A stretch of 64,000 bases of DNA, taken from positions 36,592 through 100,591 of the forward strand of contig JBAZLM010000005.1 of the NCBI GenBank assembly GCA_041650295.1, read 5' to 3'. Of the stretch, positions 51,301 to 63,300 are shown piece by piece (the first letter of the stretch is position 1; each line of letters starts with the position of its first letter). This DNA is from Candidatus Omnitrophota bacterium. GTDB lineage: Bacteria; Omnitrophota; Gorgyraeia; Gygaellales; Profunditerraquicolaceae. A model generated the notes under the pieces. It made no database searches. It was not told where the DNA came from and saw nothing but the letters and a program-made list of their open reading frames with translations. The position numbers were made by a program, and so were the translations under genes.

Positions 51301-54300
51301 TAAGAATATTTTGGCGGATTTGTCTAGCTCCGGGTTGACTCCTTCGGCGATCGGTCATCGTGTAGTGCATGGTGGGGATAAATTTGAGGCATCAGTTTTA
51401 ATTAATGCCGATGTTAAGGCGGCGATTAAGGATTGTTTTAAGCTTGCCCCGCTGCATAATCCTGCGCATCTTATGGGCATCGAGGCTTGTGAAGAGCTGC
51501 TCCCGGGCATTCCGCAGGTTGCAGTTTTTGATACCGCTTTTCATAGCACTTTGCCTGCAGAAGCTTATTTATATGCTCTTCCTAAAGAGTATTACACTAA
51601 GTTTGGTATTAGGAAATATGGTTTTCATGGCACCAGCTATCGGTATGTCGCTAGTGCTGCGGCCAAACAATTAGGCATTCAGCCGGAAGATTTGAATGCG
51701 GTGATCTGCCATTTGGGTAATGGATGTTCAGTGGCAAAAATAAAAGCGGGAAAATCCGTGGATACGAGCATGGGGCTTACTCCTTTAGAGGGATTAGCCA
51801 TGGGCACGCGCTCCGGGGATATTGATGCCTCTGTGTTGGAGTTTATCGCTAATGAAACCGGAAAGAATATCGAAGAGCTGATGGCAATGTTAAATAAGGA
51901 TAGCGGATTATTAGGCATTTCCGGAGTAAGTAATAATATGATTAAATTACATGAAGCATTGGGAATAATTTCTCCGCGCCGGCCAAAGGAGATTAAAGAT
52001 GGAATTTCTAAAGTTGAGTTTTGGGCGGCGCAAGATGAAGATTTAATCAAAAAATATACTGCTTTAGCGCTTAAGGTTTTTACTTATCGCGTCGCCGGTT
52101 ATATCGGCAAGTATTATTGCGGCTTGCCGGCGGAGAGCGCTAAAATTATCTTTACGGCGGGCATTGGTGAGAATGCCGGTATGATTCGGCAAATGATTTT
52201 AGATCAGCTTCCGGGAATTGCGAATTTAGAGCAGCGGGTAATGGTGATTCCTACGGATGAGGAGCTGATGATTGCTCGAGATACGCAGGAGATTATTGAA
52301 AATATCCGGAATAATTCTATTTTGGCGCACAAGGGTTTTTTTGTTAAAGAGCAAGTTGGAGCACTGGTTAAAGTTTTAGGTTCTAGTACAACAAATGATA
52401 GTCAATTGGATGTAGATAATTTTATTATGAATATTTCGCAGTATGGCGCAATGACTACGGGTAAATGGTTAGGTCACCGGGAAAAAGTCGCGCAGGTAGT
52501 CAATGGTGAATTTTATAATGTTGTTCCGGTTACTATGCAGTTAGCACCTACTACAATTTGCCAATATAATTGTCCTACTTGTAGTTACGGTCGATCAAAA
52601 GAGGAGATCAGGAGTGCACTAAAATCAAAGACTGCCAATAAAAAAGATTTTTTTATGAGCATGGAAGATATGAAATTATATTTGGATCGCATTAAAGAAG
52701 CAGGAATAAAAGGTGTTATCTTCACTGGAGGTGGCGAACCGTTATTGAATCCTTACACGATAGATGGACTGGAGTATGCTAAGTCTTTAGGTTTACAGGT
52801 AGCCATGTTTACGGATGGCTACTTACTTACTCCGGAAACTGCTCAACGGATTATGAAAATTGGTTTAGTATTTTTACGCATTAGTTTTAACGCAGGAACG
52901 CCGGTTACCTATAAGCATTTTCACGGCACGACGGAAGATGCTTTTTATCGTGCAATTAAAAATATAGAGAATATAGCTGTGGCTAAAGAAATAACAAAGA
53001 GCCAAACCTCATTTGGGATTGGCGTTATCATTACTCCGTTAAATATTAAGGATCTTTTACATATTGCCAAGATTGTTAAGTCAATTGAAGAGCGCCATCC
53101 GGGAATGATTGAATTTATAGCTTATCGGCCGACCGTTCGTTATGAGCGTGGCTGTCAAAGAACCTTATTTACAAAGCAGGCGGTTGAATATATGCGCCAG
53201 ACTCCGGAATTAAGCCGTTATTATCAGGCGTATTATGATTTTATTTACAATGGAAAACAGTTCCCGGCTTCATTATTTCAAGAAGCGGTTACGATATTAG
53301 ATAACGAAGTTAAGCCATATTTGGAAAGTGGAGAATATCCGGTTAAGCTATTAACACCAAAAGGACGTATTGAAGGAGTTTACCAGACCGAAAAGCCTTT
53401 TTCGAAATGCTTAGCTTGTCCTTGGTGTAGTTTTATCGGACCGGAAGGCAATGTCTATCATTGTGTCGAGTTAGCGGTTGATTCTAGAACGATTTATGGC
53501 AACCTTAAAAAACAAACATTTAAAGAAATATGGGAAAGTCAGCAGAGAAAAGATGTCATTGAGCGGGTTAATGTTGAAGGGATGAAGTCTTTCTGTCCTC
53601 CAGTATGTTTATTATTTGAATATAATAAAATATTTGAAGATATTCAGCAGGGGTTAACTAATCCGGTGGTTCGGGAAAGATTGATTAAGGAAATTGAACG
53701 ATTTAGAGTTAGATTTGAACAGGAAGATTTGCCCATAGTCGGTAAAGGAGTAGATTTTATGTACCCGGCGAGGATGCCAGTAGCTAATGAGGAAGATCGG
53801 GAGCCGAGTAAGGCGGAATTAAGAATAATCCGCCGAGCCTTTGGCGGCAAGAGATATTATGAGAAAATTACTGGTAAAAAATTCAAGGATTTGGTAATTG
53901 TCCTTTATGCAGATTCAGATGTGGTGACCGAAGTTACTCCATCCGGAGCATTGTTAATTAACCCGAATCTTTTGCGCGGCCCGCCGAAACAGTTAAAAAT
54001 AATCTTCCAAAATCATGAATTATTTCATTTGCAGAATCCGAATATTGCTGAAGAGTTAGCCCACGCTTATACTATTCAATATTTATTAAAAAAAGGTTTA
54101 TTACAACGCCACCTATCCTTCTTAAAAAATAATAAAATTGGTTTAAAGCCGAATCGAGATTGGTTGTTAGAGTTAGAATTAGAAGATGTATTAATAAAAG
54201 TGATATCTTCTAAAGCTTCTCCTGCGCAGCAGGTAGCGATGATTGTTGAAAGAGCAGTTAATTTATTTAATCCAGATATAGTTTTTCAATGTATAGATGC

Positions 54301-57300
54301 CAGCCGTTGGATTAATTCTGGTTTGGATAAATTAGGTATCGTAAATTCACGCCGGGTAATTCATCTTAGCAAGGACATTACTCGAGAGCCGAAGATTGGC
54401 GAAAAAACCGAATATCACGATATTATTGAAGCGGTTTTTGAGGGCCAAATCTGGGTCATTGATACCCAAGCAAGACAATTTACGCAACAAACTAATAGTA
54501 GAATTCATGGTTTGTCTTTGGAGTTTGCTAATAAGTATATTTACAGCGCCAAAGATTATTATTCTATGCTTAAAGCGTTCTGGCTTGCTATGTCGGTTTT
54601 CCAAATTTCAGAAGCTTTGATTGATTCCACTGCTACCTCCCAAGGAATTGCGCCAGATTTAAAGAAAGCTTACTCAATTAAAAGTTCACGCATAAATTTT
54701 AAAAATTTATTAAGATTTTTAAGGGGAGCTGTTCAGCATAAAATAGGCCAAGGTATTATTTTGCATAACTTTGTGCCGTTTCCGATATTAGCTTTGGCAG
54801 TTTGGCCGGCAATAGCCGATTTTGTTGCAGCGCATCCGATATTAATGGGAGTAGGTATTTTATTAACTGGTGTTTGTTTAGCTTTGGTTTTATGGCGTAA
54901 ATTATTTCCGGTGAATTGGTATTCGCGAAGATTGAAAAGTTCGTTGGCTGAAGTTCGTGTTGAGGCAGCTATTGCTTTAGGAAAAACTAAAAATCATAAA
55001 GCCGTTAAGCCACTATTGGTGACGATCTATGATCATCATCTTTTAGTGCGCGACGCGGCGGTTGGCGCTTTGGGTCAGCTTAAAGATAGTCAAGCCATTG
55101 AGCCATTAATTGAATTATTTAGGATTTCAGATGATTATCGTAAAACGCTTATCATTAAAGCTCTTAGTGAAATAAGCGGTGAAAAAGTGTCAGTGGATAG
55201 CCTTGGCGCGGTGGTGGGTAGTAAGTTCGGTGAGCAGGAAGCAATTAAGATGAGTCAGGCGCTGCCTCTAGAACCAGTCGCTTCACCGCTTAGATTTGGC
55301 ACCAGTGGCTGGCGCAGTAGTAGATATACAGATTTTGTCATGCCCAATGTTCGACGTATATTAGAAGGAATTGCTTTGTATCACGATAGGGTGCTTAAGA
55401 AAGGAACATTTTTAATTGGTTATGATCCTAGAGCCGAAAATCAAAGTTTTGCTAAAGAAGCAGCGAGTATCTTTGCGGCACATGGTATTAAAACGCAAAT
55501 TATAATTAGTGATCCAACTCCTACTCCGGTTTTAGGATACTTAGCTGGTTCTAATGATGAGATTGCTGGAATTATCATTTTTTCCGCTAGCCATAACCCT
55601 GCCGAATATAATGGTATAAAATTTTATCAATATCACGGCGGTTCGGCGGATGTTGAAACTACGGATGTTATTTCAGAATTAGCCAATGCCGCCATAACCT
55701 ATAGGATAATGGATTATCAACAAGCTAAAGTAGAAGGCTTAATTACTGAAATTACTTTAGGTCAAGTAATTCAAAAATATGTTTTTGAATATATTATTCC
55801 TAGAGTTAAAGAAATCGGCGCTTGGAATGATATCGTAAATTATATCAAAAATAATCCGGAATTTGTGTTGGTGGTTGATCCGATGCAGGGTGCGGCGGTA
55901 GAATACTTAAAAGCAATTTATTTGCAGCTAGCCAAAGAAGCCGGTCGGGACTTCTTTATATTAATTCATACCAATAATCATGATCCAGAATTTTTAGAAG
56001 TAAATAGCGCGCCTAATCCGACATTGCCAGAAAATATAACTGAACTAATTAGTAAGGTATCCTTCGGCAAACAGGTTTTTGGTTTAGCGGTAGACGGGGA
56101 TGCGGATAGATTTAGAGTGATTGATTTTGGTGGCAAAGTTATTGAGGCTTCAGATGTAATTGCTATTTTAGCGCATTTTTTAAATACAGAGATTGGCTTG
56201 ACTGGTGTGATTGGAAAAAGTGTAGCCACATCTAATTTTGTCAATGCTATTGCTAAATATTTAAAATTAGATTTAGTGGAAGTTGGGGTAGGGTTTAAGA
56301 ATTTTGTGAATCAAGTAGTTAAAAATAAGGTTAATTTCTTAGTGGGCGGAGAAGAATCGGCCCATGTTTGTTTAGGGCTGTTGAATCAGTCTTGGGACGA
56401 TGGCATTGCTATAGGGCTATTGTGTTTTTGGGTAGTTGCGCGTACCGGCAAAACTATTTCTGGGTATAAAACTAGAATTGAAAAAGAAGTGGGGAAACAT
56501 TTTGACTCTGAAGTAATTACAATTTATGGCCAAGACGATTCGATTAAGGATGTAATTACTAATTTAATTCAAAAGACTGCAGAGGAACTAGAATCCGGAG
56601 TTCCGGCTTTAAAGACGACAATTGTAAAACAGGTCAGCAAGTTACAAAATAAGAAGGTAAAGGAATTAATTACTTTAGATGGCTTAAAAATTGTTTTTGC
56701 ATCCGACGATTGGATCCTTTTGCGACCTTCGGGAACTGAGCCAGCAGTTAGGCTTTATGTAGAAGTCACAGATTCATCTAAATTTGCTAGCTTGGTTAAG
56801 CTAGGTAGGGCTTTATTGGGAGTAGAAGAAGAGATTAGTCAAAATTTAAACCCGATTGCTTACCGCGGTTCTTTAACAGATGAAGAAAATTTGATTGCCC
56901 AAAGGTTAGCTAAAACAGCCGATCCTCTGACAGAAGGAGCAAGAGTGGCAGGGAGCTTAAGAGGGTATAAATCTGCAACTAGCATAATTTGCAATAATAT
57001 TAAAAATATTCATCTAGATGCTTATGGTAAGTTAGAATTAGAAGCTATTTTGAATAAATTTTCAATTTATTTTTATCAAACTGCTAATCGTTCGCCACCT
57101 AATGCGGTAACCGATGCTTTCAACCATCGTATTATCATTTTTGCTAATACAGAAGAGGAGCTCACCCATAAACTTTTGGTAAAAATTTTAATTCATGAAC
57201 TTGTCGAATATGAAATTCTCAATGACCCTCAGGTAACCACCGCTATTGCCCATCATCAAGCAGAGTTAGTTATAGATAGCTTAGATGATGTGGCGATTTT

Positions 57301-60300
57301 ATTCAACGATGAAGAATCGATATATTTTTCTAAAACAATCATTGATGCATTAAATAAGCTATTTTTAGAGCAAGATTTCTTAGATTATTATAATTTAATT
57401 TATCCGCAGAAGTTAGCTATCACTGGAGTAGATCATCAGCCCGGAAGAGATTTAGTAGATATTTTAATTGATACTACTTCTGGACAGCGTGAATTCAAGG
57501 TAGCTTTATATAAATCTGGCTATTCATTAGATAATAACATAGAAAATAGATATTTAAGGATAGCTAGTAGAATTGTCGGATTATATCAAAATTTTCTTTT
57601 GCAAAGAATAGATAATGAATTAGATGCTGTTGGGATTAAAACCGCAGATGTAATTGAACAAATTGAAGATTCATTTCGTCAAACTGTTTACGATCAAGAA
57701 TGGGAATCTTTAAGTGAGGGCTCAGATGCCAAAGTATATAAAAATCAGGATTCTTCATTAGTAATTAAGGCAGTAAAAGAAAGAAGTCTTAGTTATGATT
57801 ATTCTTATAATGTTAATCCTTTTATAAATTATCAATTAGCAAAACAATATTTAGGGCATTTAGCTGTACGTTTTTTAATCTTGGATAATTTGAAAATTAG
57901 ACTCCCAGATAAAGATGGGAATATTGAAGAAGTAATTATTGAAAGAGCGGTTGTGCAGAAATTTGTTAAAGTATTTTTTAAATTAGGAGTACATGACTAT
58001 ACAAAATATGAACATTGTACTGGTATTTTAGCCGATTTGATTAAAGAAGGAAAAATTGAAACGGCAAAATTTATAATTGGTGAATTTTTAAAAGGCGTGC
58101 GAGCAATTTTAGCCCGTGGATTATTTGATTGGGATATCAAAGCAGAGAATTATGGATATGATCCTTCGGTGGGTAAAGTAGCAACATTGGATATGGGTAA
58201 ATTATTGTTATATGATCAGGTTGTGCTTACTTCAGCAAAGGTATTTGTAAGAAATTTAAAAATTACCAGCGATGATATCTATGAATGGACTAAATTTGTT
58301 ATTAATCAAGAAGCGGCTCTTGAATTAAAGAATTATTTTGATACTTCAGTAAAAAAGGTTTTTTGGTTGGCCTATGATGAGGTGGGATTAGATATTACTA
58401 AAGATCTGAATGTTTTAGATAAAGAACATATGTTAGAAGACAGTGTGCGATATGATTTATGTTATGACAATTCAATAGGAAAGCCGGTTAATTATGCCGG
58501 TACTAGAGAAACTAGAGAAAGGGCTGCGCGGTTAATTTCTAAATATTTAAAAGACAATAATATAGATATTGATGCGGTGGAGATGGTTTTTGCTAAATTT
58601 GGTTTTGCCCAGCTTTGCCAAGAAACAGAAGTTTCTAAAATGTTATCCGATGGTTTTGTTTCTGATAATATTTTCTGTCTTGCTTTAGATGAAAATAGCA
58701 ATCCTTATTGCGGTATTAAAGCCAGAGAGCCCAAGAATTTTCCTACTGTTCAATATGTATTATATAACGATGAATATAAAGGCCAGCTTACTACTCGTCA
58801 AGACTCTGTTAATATTAAAAAAGCAGTAGTTAAAACATTGCTTCGATATTATGACTATCGTCAAGAAGTATATGATACTTTAGCAAAAAAATTTGCATTG
58901 GATAAAACTTTAAAAATTTGGAATTCTATGAACTTGAGGGAAGAATTTGAAAAAATAAAATACAATAATTTAAACGTTGATCAGAAGGATACCTTGAATT
59001 TATTATTAGGTATTTGTAAAGATGGTGATTTAGCTGGAAGGATGATCTTGGCTTTCGATGAGTTGGCAGAGACCAGAAGATATCCTTTTGGCATAGATTT
59101 GAATAAGATGTATTTGATTAAGTCCGAGAATGATTTTGCCGTTGAGGTCTTTGGGATGGGTACCTTTACTCGGAAAACCCAGGAAAAAGAGGTGCTCTTG
59201 CATATGCATCAAAATCTTAGCTTTTCTTACGAGGATATTTTGGAGGCGATTGTAGAAAGTAAAGATGAGATGGGTGCAACTATTTTTATTAGTAAGGTTT
59301 ATTTTCAGTGTAGTGCAATGGATAGCGAGCTTAAAGAAGTATTAATGAAAAAATTAAACCAGCTTCGTTCCTCTGATTATACTGGCGTATTTGATAGTGT
59401 TGTAAATGGTTTACCTAAGAATCATTTGCTTTGCTCAGCGAACAATTTAACTGATCAAAATAATGCCTATCCTTTACCGGTGCCGGAAGCGGTTCGCTCT
59501 GATATAAATAAAACATTTATTAATTCCACGGTAAATAATTTAGAAATACAGACTTCTCATATTCCGGTGAATGCTTATTTTGAGTCGCTGCAAAATATTT
59601 TAAGCGTTTTTAAAAAATGTTTTGGTCGCGCTCCCCCGAGATTAGGTCTCTGGCAATTGCTTGTTTCCACGGATTTAAGCTTAACGCGAGGCAAGGTTGC
59701 CGCCTGCGATATTAAATCCCGAACTGTTTATCTGCACACTTATTTTTTTCAACTTTCCCAAGCTAAACAATTAGAAATTCTTTATCATGAGCTCATTAGC
59801 CATATGCAAAAGGGTATCGCCGATGAAAATATTGCTCTGCGTGATACGAATGCTTTCTTTTGGCTACAACCCAATGCTCCCCAACTAGTCGGGAAAACGT
59901 TGATGACTTTATCGATGGAAGGTAATATTCCGGAATTTGCCGGATATCCGGATGCGCAGAATGCTTGTACTCGGGGTGGATTAGGTGCATATTTTGGCGA
60001 TAAGTTGGAAGGGTTGTTTGCGATTGGCTTGACTGCCTGGGGCGTTGAGCCGGCTTATGCTTATACTACTAGAGATGGAAAAGATATCGCCGTGGATTAT
60101 GCGCCATTATTTAATCAGGGCGTGATTAGTAAAGTTTTAGATAAAAATGGTGCTCCTTTAGTGTTACAAGTTTATGCTTGGGATGATCAATGCAAAAGTT
60201 CACTTTATAAGGATAAATCCATCGCGGTGGAAGTTTGGCTGGTTAACCGCGGAGGCACGCCGCTATATCTTTTATACTCACAGGAAGTATTTAATAATCT

Positions 60301-63300
60301 TTATACGGATAATCGTGCACATCGTTTTACTCAGGAGATAGTTTTTGGTAAAGCGGTTTATTGTTTAATGAAGACACTTAAAATTGTTCCGGATATTATG
60401 CATTTAAATGAGGCGCATACCGTAGTGGCTGCCGCGCAGGCTAGAGCGGACAATGATTTTAACAAAATGGTTATTGTTTATACCAATCACACATTAGTTC
60501 CGGCTGGACTGGAAATTTTTCATGCTTCCAATTTGGGCGTAGACTCTAACCGGATGATGTATCAAATTGGCGTGCCGGCGGAAGAAGAGTGCAAGTTTCG
60601 TTCATATTTTTTACGTGCGAACGGAATGGTAGATTTTTGTTCTGCAGCAGTGCATTTAGCCGATGTCATTAATGCGGTGAGCTTAGAGCATGCGGCGGCA
60701 ACACAGAGACTTTTCCGTTCGATGTATGGTGATGAATTCAAGACTAAAGTTGTGGGTGTACTTAATGGTTCAGGTAAAACTTGGATGAATGATTCATTAA
60801 GGGTAATTCAAGATCGTGGTCTAATGGCTAATCAGGAAGAGTTAAACTTAATTCATCAAAAGGGTAAAATAGAGGCTTTTGCAGAGATTGAAGCCAGAAC
60901 CCAGGTGCAATTAGATTTAAGCAAACCAACGATTTGGATGGTGCGTCGGATTGTAGATTATAAGAGCCAGTATCCGATGTTACGATTTTTATTACATATT
61001 TTGTGTGCTGATCGCAATATTAGCTATACGCGCGATCAACTGCAAACAGCTTGGTTTAGAGATATTCCGGATTTATTAACACAAGAGAATCGTAATTTAT
61101 CGCAAGAGGTGTTGAATTATATTTTTGCCCAAAAAGAAAGGGTTTTCGGTTTAGGATTTCAGGTAGTGGTGGGCGGTCCGGAGTATATGTCATTTTGGAT
61201 TGCTGAATTTAAACGTTGGTCGCTACTTCCTGAATTTAGAGGAAAATTTATTTATGTGCCAAATTCGGATGCCCGCTTGCTTAAGATGCAAGCCATTGGG
61301 GCGGATATTTGTATTAATATCCCTCGACCGTTAGAAGAGGCTTGCGGAACTTCTGATCAAAGAACTGGATTAAACGGTGGGGTTAATGTGGCTATCCGTG
61401 GCGCTGGTCCGGTAGAGTGGATCACCGATTATAATGAACAGAGTAAAGCGGGAAGTGGATTTTTATTAGAGTCATATACTAATACTGTAGATAATGAAGT
61501 TACTGCAGATAATTATTTATTTTATCGTAAGGCACCGGCCGATATTCTTTCTAAGTTAGAAGTAGCGCGTGGATTGTTTGATCTGCAAGATAAGTCTGCT
61601 TGGAAAAAATTGATGCACGATGCTTACCTTGACGCTAACGCTAAAGTGAGCGCTAAAGCGATGGAACAGCGTTATGCTTTAAATGTTTACCAACCTAAGG
61701 CGACAGATGAATTAAGAAAAAAAATAGCGCAAGCTAATGATTTCCCGCTTTCTGCGATGGAGATGATGGATGTGTTAGAGCTGGGAATTTGCCAGCAGGA
61801 TAAGCAATTGCTTTTTGATTTATTAGCCAGGGTAAAATCCACAATTTTTCCTGCCGCCACCGGGCGGATTATGAAAACGATGATGAAGATTTGCGACCGG
61901 TATGGGTATGAGATTACTCAAGCGCAGGCAGATATTTTGCTAAGTTTTGCGGATAATTTATATTTCCCGGAAGAAATCTGCGAATTTTTTACTAAAACAC
62001 AATGGCGTGGCTACGCTTTTAATTATTTAAATGAAAAATTCCAAAAAATTCATCCGGATGCAAGCATTAGTTACGCTCCGACGCGGCGAAGAAACTTGTT
62101 GTCAAGTTTAAGTATTTTAGCTAAAGACGCTGGCTTACTACAAGAAACTTTAGACCAAATATGGTTTAATTCAGCGGTTAGGTTTAGCCGAAGATATATT
62201 ACTTACGAACTTAGAGAAGGTAGAATTAGTGAAGTTAAAGATGAGGCGATAATTTTTATTTATCATAAAAATCCTAACGGCAAAATAAGTTATGAATCGA
62301 TTTATGCGCATGGAAAAGTTAGGCCTGATCATCGGACCTTGTCGCCAGGTCAGAAATATATGGGTAAAGTGTTTAAAGTCGGAGAAATTTATGAGGGGAT
62401 GCCGGCATTTGATTTCAATGGAGAAGAAATATTAAAAGATTGCGATGAGAATATCCTTTCTTTACGGGGGACATACACTGAGCTGGAAAGTGTAGTAGGG
62501 GGATTTGTAAGATTGGATCTGCCCAGACTTCCGGTAGAACAATTATTAAATGTTACCGGTGAAAAAGATCTAGATGCTTATATTTTTAGACAAATTGTGT
62601 CGGCAGCGAAATTTATGGCAGCCATTGTTAACCCGCAGAAAGAATTAGTCTTAGAAGCGTTGATCAAAGAGAGCTTAGAAAAAAGATTTAATCGCTCATT
62701 GCCTTTACGTTTTTCGATCGAAGATTTTAATCGTTGGGTAGCCGGGGAGCAAGTTTTAGGAATTCAGAATCAGCAAAAAATAGTTATTCCAAATTGCGCT
62801 GAACTTGAGTCGGTTTGTGTTTCTGACTCAGATGGAATACATCCTAGATTTGCATTAGCTTTAAGAGATATGCTTGATGAAAAATTTCCGGGGGTACAAG
62901 TAGTTTTAGAAAAAGCTGATGGAAGAATGGCTTTTGCCAGTGATGATCAGGAAATTACCAAGTTGGCTTGTACGCAGGGTGAAGTAATCTATGTATTTGC
63001 TTGGGGTGATAGTCATCGCCATGCTGCTGCGGCCTTGGATAGAGTTATTTCGTTAATTAATCCTAATGGACGTACTATTGGTCTTACTTTTGGTCACGGT
63101 CGAGGTCTGGTGATGAGAGCCGATGAAGTTTTAGCTGTGCAGCAAAGCGGAAAGACTATCCATCATCCTTTTCTGTTGGCGGGAAAAAATCCAGCTGATT
63201 TGGAGAATGTAATTTTGGAAATTTCTTCTTGGGGCGCATTACAGGGGGTGATGACGGTTAGCGGCGGTGAGTTTAACCATGTTGCGGTAAATTTTAGAGA

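Noticed and set aside
39195-54620. Plus-strand frame-0 ORFs inside the giant gene (39195-39425, 40908-41147, 49629-49814, 51405-51674, 54396-54620)
   Set aside because: All lie in a different frame from the continuous giant ORF, which carries recognisable domain motifs through the same positions. These are alternate-frame artefacts.
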